DNA from: Syntrophales bacterium
Lineage (GTDB): Bacteria > Desulfobacterota > Syntrophia > Syntrophales > PHBD01
Assembly (NCBI GenBank): GCA_963668175.1
Contig: OY764159.1
Coordinates: 2,848,001-2,912,000 of the forward strand
Reading direction: 5' to 3'
Length of the DNA stretch: 64,000 bases
In this document: piece after piece, positions 37,932 through 51,756 of the stretch
Position numbering within the stretch: position 1 is the first letter of the stretch
How the letters are laid out: each line of letters begins with the position of its first letter
The notes under the pieces: generated by a model
Databases searched by the model: none
What the model saw: the letters and a program-made list of their open reading frames with translations, nothing else
What the model was told of the DNA's origin: nothing
Program-made: the position numbers and the translations under genes

Positions 37932-39284
37932 TCATGCGATCGCCTTTGTTCCTGTAGCCGCCTTCTTGAAGGCCGTGGCCGGGAAGAAACAGTACGGGCA
38001 TTCGGCCGGCGGCTCTTTGCCGTAATGGACGTTGCCGCAGATGCGGCAGCGCCACGCGAAGACGCCTTCCGCCGCCATGGCGGCGATTTCGACCGGATCG
38101 TGCCTGACGAGGGGCAGGTCCTCCAGCGGCGGCATCACGGGCTTGTAGCCATTGAGAGCCGCCCCCGCAAGAATGATGCGCTGGATCTCGCTTGTGCCCT
38201 CGTATATCCGGAGAAGCCTCATGTCGCGCAGGAGCTTTTCGATGGGGAACATCCGCGTATAGCCGTAGCCTCCGAATATCTGCATGGCGTCGTTGACCAC
38301 CTCCCACGCCGCCTCGGTGGCATAGAGCTTGGCGACGGACGCCTGGTTCGTCGCGTCCCGTCCCTGGTCCACTTCCCAGGCGGCCCTCCAGGTCAGGAGG
38401 CGCGCCGTTTCCACTTTCTGGTACATGTCGGCCAGCTTGAACTGCGTCGCCTCGAAATCGGCGAGGGCTTTCCCGAAGGCGCGCCTCTTCTTCGCGTAGT
38501 CGATGGCGAATTCCATGGCAGAGCGCGCAGCGCCGATGGCAAAGGCCCCGATGGCGGGACGCGTCCTGGCGAAGGTCTGCATGGCGAGGATGAAGCCTTC
38601 GCCCGGGGGGGCGAGCATGTTTTCTTTCGATACCTCGACGTCCTGGAATTTAACCCCGGCCGTGTTCGAACAGCGCTGGCCGAGTTTGGGGATCGGACGG
38701 CTGACGGATATGCCCGGCCCGTCCAGCGGAACGAAAAAAGCGGCGATGCCCGCGTAGCCCTTGGACGGGTCGGCGGTGGCAAAGACGCTCATGTAGTCGG
38801 CGATGCCGCCGTTCGTGACCCAGTATTTCGTGCCGTTGAGGACGTAGCCGCCGCTCTTCTCCTCGGCGCGGCAACGGAGCCCCGCCACGTCCGATCCCAT
38901 GCCGGGCTCCGATGTGGCGAAGCAGATCAGCTTTGAGGTTCGGGCGAAAGTCGGCAGAAAAGCGTTCTTCAGGCTTTCATTCTTGGAAAGAAGCAGGGGC
39001 GACATGCCGAGCGAATTGTCGAAGACCGACGTGGCGACGCCCGCGCAGGCCGCCGCGATCTCCTCGATCATGAGGACGATCTCGAAAAGTCCGTATCCCC
39101 TGCCGCCGTATGCGGCGGGAATGTCGGCGTTGGCGATGCCGGCTTCGAAGGCCTTCTTCAGGATTTTTACCGGGACGTCGTCCCGTTCGTCGTAGTACCA
39201 GACCTCCGGCAGGACCTCTTTCAGCGCGAATTCCCTGGCCCGCCGCTGGATATCGATCTGTTCCGGCGTCAAACTGAAATCCAT
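37932..39284 (-). CDS. Acyl-CoA dehydrogenase with C-terminal rubredoxin-like domain
   Basis: SEPGMGSD, NGTKYWVTNG, QIFGGYGY, IYEGTSEIQR and WRCRICG...CPYC. Confidence 0.92.
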   Translation of the reverse strand: MDFSLTPEQIDIQRRAREFALKEVLPEVWYYDERDDVPVKILKKAFEAGIANADIPAAYGGRGYGLFEIVLMIEEIAAACAGVATSVFDNSLGMSPLLLSKNESLKNAFLPTFARTSKLICFATSEPGMGSDVAGLRCRAEEKSGGYVLNGTKYWVTNGGIADYMSVFATADPSKGYAGIAAFFVPLDGPGISVSRPIPKLGQRCSNTAGVKFQDVEVSKENMLAPPGEGFILAMQTFARTRPAIGAFAIGAARSAMEFAIDYAKKRRAFGKALADFEATQFKLADMYQKVETARLLTWRAAWEVDQGRDATNQASVAKLYATEAAWEVVNDAMQIFGGYGYTRMFPIEKLLRDMRLLRIYEGTSEIQRIILAGAALNGYKPVMPPLEDLPLVRHDPVEIAAMAAEGVFAWRCRICGNVHYGKEPPAECPYCFFPATAFKKAATGTKAIA

Positions 39285-39582
39285 CGATGATCTCCCTTAT
39301 ATTGCGCATTACGGACGGCGCAACCTTCCCCCGCAGGTTGACGCTACCATTTATCTTCGGTGCGGCCCTAAATTAATGAAAAGGTCAGGTCATGACAATG
39401 AGGATAATTTACGCGGATTATGGGAGGCTGTTCCTACTGATAGTGCGTCGCTGTCGCCCGCAACGCCTGCCCGGCGCAAATAGTCTTCGGCCGCTTTGAC
39501 CGGATGCGGATGCCATCGAAGCGGATCGGCATGCAAATACCCCGATCTTTACCGTTCGCAAGCGGGACGTCGGCGCGATTCG

Positions 39583-40826
39583 TCAGGAGGCGAGGGAGAG
39601 GAGGTAGGCCCTGAGGTTCGATTTCTGGTTCTTGATGCCGAATTTCGCCCGGAGATTTTTCCTGTGGAAGTCCACGGCCGTGGAGGAGATATTGAGCAAT
39701 TCCGTGATCTCCTTGGTCGTCTTGCCTTCTTTGACGAGGTTCGCCACCTGGATTTCGCGGGGCGTGAGGCCGAGGTAGGACGACGTCAGGTTGTGCAGGA
39801 AGGGCGAGATGATGTCGTTCAGGTGGGCCTCGATGATGTCGAGCTGCGCCATCTGGTACTCGTTCAGCTTGTAATGCCGCATGTTTTCCACGTAGGGCAG
39901 GACGAGCTTCTTGACGTTCGCCAGGACGTGCTCCTGGAGGTTGGACTTGTCCTCCTCCCGGTGCTTGAGGAGGACTTTCAGGGCCGTGTTCGCCTCTTCC
40001 AGGCTCTGGGATTTCATCTCCAGTTCCTGTTCCCGGCGTTTCAGGGCCTCTTCCGTCGCCTTCCGGCCGGTGATGTCCAGCAGGGACATGACGGCCCGTT
40101 TCGCCGACGGCACCATGGCGATATTCGCCAGGACGTTCAAAATGGCCCCCTGCCTGTTGACGATGCGGAACTCGAAGCCATCCGCCGGCGTCTGGAAATC
40201 CTTCTTCCAGGGCTGCCTGCACGCGGATACCGGCCCAGGTCCTCTTCGACGACGAATTCGATCCAGCTCTTCTTGCCCACGATCTCCGAGCGCATGTAGC
40301 CGGATATCCTTTCGAAGCCGCGGTTCGCCAGGACAATGGTCGTGTCCTCCTCGAAAATGATCATCGCCGTGCCGGTGTTTTCGAAGATGGTCCGGTAGCG
40401 GTCTTCCGATTCCTTGAGTTCCGCTTCGACGCGCCGGCGCTCTTCCCTTTCGTTATATTCGTGCAGGGCCCGGGAGACGGCGGGCCCCAGCCGGGAAAGC
40501 CTGCTTTTCAGCACGTAGTCGGTGGCGCCCTTCTTGAGAAGCTCGATCGCCATCTCCTCCCCCAGCGCCCCCGATACGAAAATGAAGGGCACTTCGGGGC
40601 ATATCTCCTGGGCGAGGGTCAGCGCCGACAGCCCGTCGAAGGAAGGGAGCGAATAGTCGGAAAGGATGATATCCGGGCAACGCTCTTCCAGCGCCTTGAC
40701 GAATGAGGCCCTGGTGGAGACGCGCTGGGAAACGAAGACAAGGCCCGATTCCCGAAGTTCGAATTCCATCAGCTCCGCATCCGTCACGACATCTTCCAGG
40801 ATGAGTATCTTCAGTTCGCTGTTCAT
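39583..40826 (-). pseudogene. REC-PAS-LuxR HTH transcriptional regulator split by a frameshift near 40231
   Basis: The REC+PAS ORF (40826) and LuxR ORF (LTPREIQVA...VDFHRKNLR) join into one continuous PAS domain if one G is added at GGC CGG/GTA TCC. Confidence 0.75.
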
Positions 40827-40866
40827 CGCACAACCCCCGCAAATTTAATGGATGCCCCCGCCCGTT

Positions 40867-41304
40867 TCAGTTAAAGACTGTCTTGTTCATCATCAGCCAA
40901 TAGGTGACGATTCGGCCGATATAATCCCTGAACTCGTCGGCGTCGAGAGGCTTGACGATATAACTGTTGGCGCCCAGGAGATAGCTTTCCACGCGGTCGT
41001 TCAGTTCGTTCGACGACGTAAAGACGACAACGGGGATATTCTTGGTGCGTTCGTCGGTCTTGAGGCGTTTCAGGACCTCCAAGCCGCTTACCTTGGGAAG
41101 TTTGAGATCGAGAAGGATCAGTTTCGGAAGCAGGCGCTCGTTACCGATCAGCGGCCCGTCCGTTCCGAAAAAAAGGTCGACGGCCTCTTTGCCGTCCTTT
41201 ACAGGGAAAATGCTTCTGTTGATGCTTAGTTCCCGGAAATTGTCGAGAATCAGTTCGACGTCATGGCGGTTGTCCTCAACGAGAACGATGTCGAATTCGT
41301 TCAT
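40867..41304 (-). CDS. Single-domain response regulator (Rcp-like)
   Basis: LVEDN, LLDLKLP, VVFTSS and GANSYIVKP motifs. Confidence 0.92.
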   Translation of the reverse strand: MNEFDIVLVEDNRHDVELILDNFRELSINRSIFPVKDGKEAVDLFFGTDGPLIGNERLLPKLILLDLKLPKVSGLEVLKRLKTDERTKNIPVVVFTSSNELNDRVESYLLGANSYIVKPLDADEFRDYIGRIVTYWLMMNKTVFN

Positions 41305-41771
41305 GGATGCATCATTCCTTTCACGCGGCCGATGTCAATACCATATAAAAAAAAGGCGGTCCGCTCCAGTATTTTTATCGGACCGGCTGCATTGACCGTA
41401 CGTCACGACAGACAATACCTCCGACCCGCGCCGGAGTGTTCCGTACCTCTCGATACCATTCGCATTTTTTATCGATCTTAAATGAAGAACCCGATCGAAT
41501 CAACGAGGATTGTATGTAAGAAGATTGGCAGGTCATACCTACCATTCTTCTACCTGCCCCGGATGCGCATGGGTCCGAATCCTGCCGGGCGGGACGAAAA
41601 GCCCTATCGGGAAAGGCGGTCCGATCGTTCCTTTTCTTCATGTTATGGATCAGGCCTGCACGTGCAACATAGCGATTCATCAAGACTATATCCTTATCGG
41701 CGATCCGGGATTGCAATTCGAGACGCAATTTCATATGTTGGCCTCCATTACGAATCGAATGGGGGGCAACG

Positions 41772-42527
41772 ATGACGGATCGCCATAGCCCGGTTTGCTA
41801 CCGGGCGAGCTTCGAGATTTATTTTCACGACGCCGACCGGACGGGCTTTGCCACCCTGCCCTCCCTCTGCCGTTACCTCCAGGCGGCGGCCATCAAGCAC
41901 GGACGATCCGTCGGGACGTCTTTCGATCACGTCGCTTCCCGGAACCTGGCCTGGGTCTATTCCCGCTTTCATATTCAAATGCAGGCGTTTCCGCGCTACG
42001 GCGAGACGATCGTCGTCGATACGTGGCGTTCCGGCGTCGAAGGGACCTTTGCCTTCCGCGAATACGCCGTGGCGGACGACGCGGGAAAACCCCTGGGGGC
42101 CGCCACAGCCTCTTCCGCCCTCATCGACAAATCGACGCGCAAACCGGTCGCCGTTCCCGATTACATCAGGAACATGATTTCGTCGGACCGGGGGCATGCC
42201 GTCGCCTCCCCTTTCGCAAAACTGCCCGCCATGCCGGACGCCGAATACAGGAAGACCTTCCCCGTCCGCACGAGCGACATCGACATCAACGGCCATGTCA
42301 ACAATATCAGCTATCTGGATTGGATCATCGAAGGGGTTCCGGAAGAGGACCTTCTTCGCCTGCGTCCTTACGAGGCGGCGATCGAATTCCGCGCCGAGGC
42401 CTTCTACGGACAGTCCGTCGTCAGCGAAGCGTCCCGTTGCGACGATTCTGAAAAGGCCTTCGTGCACCGGCTATCCATAGAAGGCGACGGACGGGAAACA
42501 ACCAGGGCGCGCACGGTCTGGCGCTGA
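41772..42527 (+). CDS. Acyl-ACP thioesterase family protein
   Basis: Double hot-dog fold with SDIDINGHVNN motif. Confidence 0.88.
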   Translation: MTDRHSPVCYRASFEIYFHDADRTGFATLPSLCRYLQAAAIKHGRSVGTSFDHVASRNLAWVYSRFHIQMQAFPRYGETIVVDTWRSGVEGTFAFREYAVADDAGKPLGAATASSALIDKSTRKPVAVPDYIRNMISSDRGHAVASPFAKLPAMPDAEYRKTFPVRTSDIDINGHVNNISYLDWIIEGVPEEDLLRLRPYEAAIEFRAEAFYGQSVVSEASRCDDSEKAFVHRLSIEGDGRETTRARTVWR

Positions 42528-42545
42528 AACCCGCTGCGGGTGCGT

Positions 42546-46037
<3,492 letters not shown>

Positions 46038-46332
46038 GGGAATGTTACAGAAGCTTCCGTGCAGACCGGCGGCCGGATTGGCCGCCGCCTGCGGCGAAAC
46101 ATGCATATTCCCGCATTTTGATATCGATAGGCCGTGTTCATATCCACTTATCGGAAAATAATCAATTTAAAATCATCCGTCATGATAAAATTCGAACCTG
46201 CCTTCCCCGAGGCGCTTTCCGTTTCGTGCGGCATTATAACGGAACAGTCCGCTCGGGGCATGAGCGGCGCGCCGCCTGCCGCCCCGTTCTTGTGGAAAGC
46301 GTTACGGAACGCACGCGACATCCTCGCAGCCG

Positions 46333-46713
46333 CTAAGCACGATTCGATCGGTAATAGATGTCTTCCAGGGATTTTTTCCGTGCGGGTTTGGGAGGCAGCG
46401 TCCGCGCGTAGGAACGGCCGACGGAGAGCCAACCGTCCAGTTCCCTCGCGCCGTCCAGGGCGTTCTTACGCACCATGACCCAACCTTTCATGGGCCTGCC
46501 CGTGATATCGAAGGCACGGACGTTTTTCGACTTGAGCTTCTCCGCGGCCAGTTCGGCATCCATCCGCACGATGAGATAGTCCTTATAGACTCCGAAACAC
46601 ATGTTGCCGTCGACAAGGTAACAGATGCCTCCGAACATACCCTTCTTTTCGATTTCGCTCCACTTGAGAACGGCCGTATCGACCCGTTCGGCCAGCTTCG
46701 CATTGTATGGCAT
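46333..46713 (-). CDS. TfoX/Sxy N-terminal domain protein
   Basis: MPYNAKLAERV, KGMFGG and RPMKGW motifs. Confidence 0.85.
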   Translation of the reverse strand: MPYNAKLAERVDTAVLKWSEIEKKGMFGGICYLVDGNMCFGVYKDYLIVRMDAELAAEKLKSKNVRAFDITGRPMKGWVMVRKNALDGARELDGWLSVGRSYARTLPPKPARKKSLEDIYYRSNRA

Positions 46714-47039
46714 AAAGGCTCCCGGCCGGATCGTGTCCGGCAAAAACGAAAAGCGGTCCTTATCACAAAGGAGAGAAATAGCAAATAGAAGTTTTACGCA
46801 GGCATTACATGCTTTCGCCTTTACCGGGGTCCGGATATGACCCTTGCCGATCCCGGACGGATTGCTGCAGATGGATGGAAATCTCACGGTTTCAGCGGAC
46901 AAGTCCTCCTCCTTTCCTTTACATCGAAGCGCCCGGCATGCTATGAAGACGTCACGGTCCCGTCGGAGAAGATATTCTCCCTTCCGGGACACGGTGTCGC
47001 ACGGGAGCTGCCTCCGGCGACCGGGAGAAGGAAAGAGCC

Positions 47040-47711
47040 TTGAAAGTGAAAGCTTTTCGGATATGGCCGCTTATTTTCTGCCTTTTCCTCTGGCCGACCG
47101 CTTCCCTTGCCCGGGAAATCGGCCCGCATCAGGACAGGGACCGGCAGGTGCTGAGATTCCTTGAAAAAAGGCACGGCACGTGGCACGACCTCAATATCCC
47201 GGAATCCGACGGCAGAATCCTTTACGATCTCGTCCTTAAGAACCGTTACCGGAAGGCCCTGGAGATCGGGACATCGACGGGTCTCTCGGCCATTTATATC
47301 GCCTGGGCGCTGAGCAAGACGGGCGGGAGGCTTATCACCATCGAGATCGATCCCGGCAGGCACGAAAAGGCGCTGGCCAACTTCCGGGAGGCGGGGCTTG
47401 CCGACATCATCGATGCCCGCCTGGGCGACGCCCACGACCTCGTCGGGAAACTGCCGGGTCCTTTCGATTTTGTATTTTGCGACGCCGACAAGGAATGGTA
47501 CAAAAACTACTTCGTCGCCGTTTATCCGAAAATGGAAGAAGGCGGATGTTATACGGCCCATAACGTCACGACCCGCGGTTGGGGCGGCGGAGAAGGCGTC
47601 CGGGAGTTTTACGATTATATCCGGCGGCTCCCCGGGCTTTCTACGACGGTGGACGAAAGCGGCGCCGGGATGTCCATCAGTTATAAACGGTCGGGTACGA
47701 AGAGACGGTAA
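47040..47711 (+). CDS. Class I SAM-dependent O-methyltransferase with signal-peptide-like N-terminus
   Basis: LEIGTSTG, TIEID, FDFVFCDADK and AHNV motifs. Confidence 0.85.
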   Translation: MKVKAFRIWPLIFCLFLWPTASLAREIGPHQDRDRQVLRFLEKRHGTWHDLNIPESDGRILYDLVLKNRYRKALEIGTSTGLSAIYIAWALSKTGGRLITIEIDPGRHEKALANFREAGLADIIDARLGDAHDLVGKLPGPFDFVFCDADKEWYKNYFVAVYPKMEEGGCYTAHNVTTRGWGGGEGVREFYDYIRRLPGLSTTVDESGAGMSISYKRSGTKRR

Positions 47712-47949
47712 AGGGAAGCGGGTTTTACAGAAATGAACGGGCCGGCATAATGGCAAACTGGCGTTACCGGCCCGTCATGCCCGGAATTATCGACATCCTG
47801 CCGGGCTTGAAGATCAGTTTAAGCGAACGCGTCAAGGAAAACCATCGGGCGAAGGATGAAAAGCGTCCGGGCGCGATATGAATTCAGGGTCAGCCGGATG
47901 CCCGGGGCCTCCTAAGAAGGATTCCGGCGACACGGCAATGGGGAGACTT

Positions 47950-48180
47950 ATGAACGAATCGAATGAAGGCAGACAGCGCAAGGCGGGCTATCTGCCGGCG
48001 GTTGTCGGAGCGGCGATGGTCCTGGTCACCGGTTTCGCCTCGTCCGGCGGGGAAGCGACAGGCAAGCTCCTGGGGCTGATTTATCTTGTGCTCTTCATCG
48101 GCGGCTGCTTTCTTCTGGGCTTCGCCCTGATGCAGGGGATTGCCCGGCTCGTCGACAGCGTCAGGGGGAGGAAACGGTAA
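47950..48180 (+). CDS. Small hypothetical membrane protein
   Basis: GGAG RBS and two hydrophobic segments. Confidence 0.5.
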   Translation: MNESNEGRQRKAGYLPAVVGAAMVLVTGFASSGGEATGKLLGLIYLVLFIGGCFLLGFALMQGIARLVDSVRGRKR

Positions 48181-48257
48181 TCGCGGGGCGGAGAGACGGT
48201 TTTCCCGCCGGCACGGAAGCGCCGCCCTTTCATCGTTGTTTCACAAGGAGCTTCATT

Positions 48258-48641
48258 ATGAAAAAGTCAAATCCTTTCGACGTCCTCCGCACGATGCCGG
48301 TCGTTCTCGCCGCAATCTTCTTCCTGGCCGCGGCTGCGCCGTCCGCCGGCGCCGACAGGCTCATGTGCGCGGCGACGGAATATGCCGGGGCGACGTGCGA
48401 CTTCCAGGGCGACATCGCCGGGGGAAGCCGCGTGGCCTTTACGTGCAGACTGCCCTCGGGCGATCCGTTCGACAAGGCGTGCATCAGGCTCTATTCCCCG
48501 ATATTCGGCGAAACGATCACGGGAAGGCGGGGCTTCAACTGGCAGTGCGACGGCGGTGCCGTCGTTCACGATACGGTGCTCAAGGACATGAAGGAGATGT
48601 GCACCAAGTTGTGCGGAATATGCCGGGACGAGTGGAAGTAA
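48258..48641 (+). CDS. Exported cysteine-rich hypothetical protein
   Basis: AAGGAG RBS, signal peptide, eight Cys in the mature part. Confidence 0.65.
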   Translation: MKKSNPFDVLRTMPVVLAAIFFLAAAAPSAGADRLMCAATEYAGATCDFQGDIAGGSRVAFTCRLPSGDPFDKACIRLYSPIFGETITGRRGFNWQCDGGAVVHDTVLKDMKEMCTKLCGICRDEWK

Positions 48642-48678
48642 GCGGGGAGCGAGAACGGCGGCCTATACGCCGCCTTCT

Positions 48679-49545
48679 TTAAAAGGCTTGGCAGAGCTGG
48701 TCGATCTCTTCCTCCAGCGGCTGGTGCCATTCGGACATAGGCCCCAGACGTTCGAAGAGGGGCAAAAATTCCGGGCGGTCGCTCAGGATTTCATCGAAAC
48801 CCGATTCCTGGAACTGCCCGTTGACGACGATATTGGCGGCGTAAATGCAGGCATTTAAGCTGCAGACGGCCGCCTGCTCTCCCGTGATTTCGTGATGGCG
48901 TTCGATGGCTTCGATAAGATGATCGGGAAAGCGCCATTTCCGGACGAGGTAACCGCCGATCAGGGCGTGGTTGGCGGGCAGAACCCTTTTTTCCGCATCG
49001 ACGAAAGACAGGCCCTCCTCCTTCTGAAGTTTCAGCACCTGACCGAAGAAATCCCTGAAGTGCTCCTCCATGATGAGTTTGCCGATGTCGTGAAGCAGGC
49101 CCGCCACGAAGCAGTCGTGCGGCGACGCCCGGCGCGATTTCTCGGCGATGTACCGGCTGACGATGGCCACGGCGATGGAGTGCTTCCACAAATCCCTGAT
49201 GTCGAAGTTGTCGTACCGCTGCTTCATGCGGAAGATGTCGATGACGGCCACGGACGCGATCGCATTGCGGACCATGCCGAACCCCAGGATCACGAGCGCC
49301 TGGGAGACGTCCACGATCTTCGTGCGGCTTCCGTAAAAGGAGGAGTTGACCAGCTTCAGGATCTTGGCGGTAATGGCCTGGTCCTTTTCGATCACGTCCT
49401 TGAGCCGGTTGATGGAAACGTCCGGATCGAGCAGCATTTTGTTGATTTCCAGAAGGACGTGCGGAATCGTCGGCAGGTCCGTGATCGTGTCGATCTTCGC
49501 CAGGATCGCATTGCGCTCCGCCGTCGCCCTGATGTCTTCGTTCAT
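48679..49545 (-). CDS. HDOD-domain protein
   Basis: LPTIP, KILKLVNSSFYG, LWKHS, AGLLHDIGK and IERHH motifs. Confidence 0.92.
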   Translation of the reverse strand: MNEDIRATAERNAILAKIDTITDLPTIPHVLLEINKMLLDPDVSINRLKDVIEKDQAITAKILKLVNSSFYGSRTKIVDVSQALVILGFGMVRNAIASVAVIDIFRMKQRYDNFDIRDLWKHSIAVAIVSRYIAEKSRRASPHDCFVAGLLHDIGKLIMEEHFRDFFGQVLKLQKEEGLSFVDAEKRVLPANHALIGGYLVRKWRFPDHLIEAIERHHEITGEQAAVCSLNACIYAANIVVNGQFQESGFDEILSDRPEFLPLFERLGPMSEWHQPLEEEIDQLCQAF

Positions 49546-49857
49546 GTAGCCCTTACCCTCCGTTCTTTTTCCCGGGATATATTTTTCCTATATACGGGAT
49601 ACTGGCGTTCTCCGGAAAGCTGTACCAGTATAGAAAAATAGCCTACCTATGTCAACGATATATTCCTCATATCCCCTGAACCCTAAAAAAATCGCACTGC
49701 GCCGCGTTTTTCCGGTGGCGTAATCGAAAATTATATTGTAGAGGAACCGTACTTTTTTACAATGCAGCAAGTAGTATCTGATCCGGCAGGTGGGGCGGAC
49801 CTTTGCCCGGAAAGATCGCATGCAAGGGCCCGTTTTTTTTCATCCGAGAGCTACGAC

Positions 49858-51612
49858 ATGAAAAAGATTAAGCGAGTCTTGATTGCCAACAGGGGCGAGA
49901 TCGCCCTGCGCATTACCAAAACCCTGAAAGAACTGGATCTGGAGGTGGTCGCCGTCTACGAAAAGCCGGACAGCGACGCCTATCACCTGCGTTTCGTCGA
50001 CAAGGCCGTCCTCATCGGCGACGGTCCCGTCACGGACTATCTCAACATCGACAAGATCATCCGCGCCGCTCTCGAGAACGGCGCCGACGCCGTCCATCCG
50101 GGATACGGCTTCCTGTCTGAAAACGCCGCGTTTGCCGATGCGTGCAAAAGGGCGGGGCTGATCTTCATCGGCCCCCCGGGCTCCGTCATCCGGAATCTGG
50201 GCGACAAGCTCGTGGCCCGGGGCCTGGCCTCCGGCGCGGGACTGCCGCTGATTCCCGCGACGGACACCCTGCCGCCGGGGAATGCCTGTCTCGACGCCAT
50301 CCAGGATTTCGCCGCCGAGCACGGCTATCCCGTCATTCTGAAAGCGCTGGCCGGGGGTGGAGGACGGGGCATCCGGATCGTCCGCGACGCCACCTATCTC
50401 AAGATGCAGCTCGGGCAGGTCCAGGCCGAGGCGAGACTAGCCTTCGGGGACGAACGGATCTATGTCGAGAAGGTCATCGAGAAGGCCCGCCACATCGAGG
50501 TGCAGATCCTGGCCGACGTTTACGGCAACGTGGTCCACCTGGGCACGAGGGACTGTTCGATCCAGCGGCGGCAGCAGAAGCTCCTGGAGATCGCCCCGGC
50601 GCATCTTCCGCCGTCGCTTGCGGAGACGCTTCACGGCCACGCCGTAGACGTGGCGAAGGCGGCCGGGTATGTCGGCGCGGGCACCGTCGAATTCCTGGTC
50701 CGTCCCGAAACGAAGGAATACTGGTTCCTGGAGGTCAATCCCCGCCTTCAGGTGGAACATACCGTGACGGAGATGATCACGGGCTTCGACATCGTCCGCC
50801 GTCAGATCCTCATCGCCGAAGGGCGGGCGCTCGACTTCCACCAGGAGGAGGTCCGGATCAAGGGCATCGCCGTCGAAGTCCGGATCAACACGGAGGACCC
50901 GCACAACGACTTCATGCCCGAGGGAGGCAAGCACATCGACATGTACGAGCCGCCGGGCGGCCCGGGCATCCGCCTGGACGGCGCGATCTACCGGGGATAC
51001 CGCATCCCCGCCGTGTACGACTCCCTGCTCGTCAAACTCATCGTCTGGGGGTACGAGTGGGAGCAGACGATCAAGCGCCTGAAGCGGACCCTGAGCGATT
51101 TCACCATCGTCGGCCCCAAAACGACGATTCCCCTGTATCTTTCCATCTGCGACGAGTCCCATTTTCAGAACCAGGATTTCGATACGGGCTACCTGGAAGC
51201 GCATCAGGAAATCTTCAACTATCCCGAACACATCCATTATCTGATCGAAGACACGGTTTACAAGGCCAAGGCCGACGACGTCGAGCAGAAAGGCGCCGAG
51301 GCCGCTCCCGCGGCGGCCGATTCGGACGATATGGTCGCCCTGGCGAAGAAGAAGCACGTCACCGCCCAGGACATCGAAACCCTGCGCAGGGTCGGCGTCA
51401 TCCGTTCGCCCATCAAGGGAAAGATCGTCAAGGTTTTCCTGGAGATCGGGGAGGAGGTCCTCGCCGGGGACATCCTCATCGACCTGGAGGCCATGAAGAT
51501 GCACACCCATATCATGTCCGAGGTGGACGGCAGGATCTCCGACATCCTCGTGGAGCCGGGCGACGCCGTCGACGTCGGCGACACCCTCATGACCATCCAG
51601 ACAGGGGCTTAG
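49858..51612 (+). CDS. Biotin carboxylase fused to a biotin carboxyl carrier domain (acyl-CoA/pyruvate carboxylase alpha-type subunit)
   Basis: LIANRGEIA, HPGYGFLSE, GGGGRG, RDCSIQRR, EVNPRLQVEH and EAMKM biotinylation site. Confidence 0.92.
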   Translation: MKKIKRVLIANRGEIALRITKTLKELDLEVVAVYEKPDSDAYHLRFVDKAVLIGDGPVTDYLNIDKIIRAALENGADAVHPGYGFLSENAAFADACKRAGLIFIGPPGSVIRNLGDKLVARGLASGAGLPLIPATDTLPPGNACLDAIQDFAAEHGYPVILKALAGGGGRGIRIVRDATYLKMQLGQVQAEARLAFGDERIYVEKVIEKARHIEVQILADVYGNVVHLGTRDCSIQRRQQKLLEIAPAHLPPSLAETLHGHAVDVAKAAGYVGAGTVEFLVRPETKEYWFLEVNPRLQVEHTVTEMITGFDIVRRQILIAEGRALDFHQEEVRIKGIAVEVRINTEDPHNDFMPEGGKHIDMYEPPGGPGIRLDGAIYRGYRIPAVYDSLLVKLIVWGYEWEQTIKRLKRTLSDFTIVGPKTTIPLYLSICDESHFQNQDFDTGYLEAHQEIFNYPEHIHYLIEDTVYKAKADDVEQKGAEAAPAAADSDDMVALAKKKHVTAQDIETLRRVGVIRSPIKGKIVKVFLEIGEEVLAGDILIDLEAMKMHTHIMSEVDGRISDILVEPGDAVDVGDTLMTIQTGA

Positions 51613-51756
51613 GAAAACTGCTTTCAAAAGAAATATTTCGGATGATTATTACTGCTTAGGTTGACTTGACGCCGGCGATGTATTGCTGGCGGATGTTAGC
51701 GGAGGCGGTTTTCGCAAATTGGAATAAACAGTGATATTTCGACGTAGCTCTGTTAC

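Noticed and set aside
37834..38307. N-terminal extension of the 630-aa ORF 36415-38307
   Set aside because: It overlaps the upstream ACAD in another frame. Paralog alignment and the RBS place the start at 37833.
41375..41734. 119-aa minus-strand ORF with a GGAGG RBS
   Set aside because: No recognisable domain or protein-like composition beyond the first ~35 residues, so support is insufficient.
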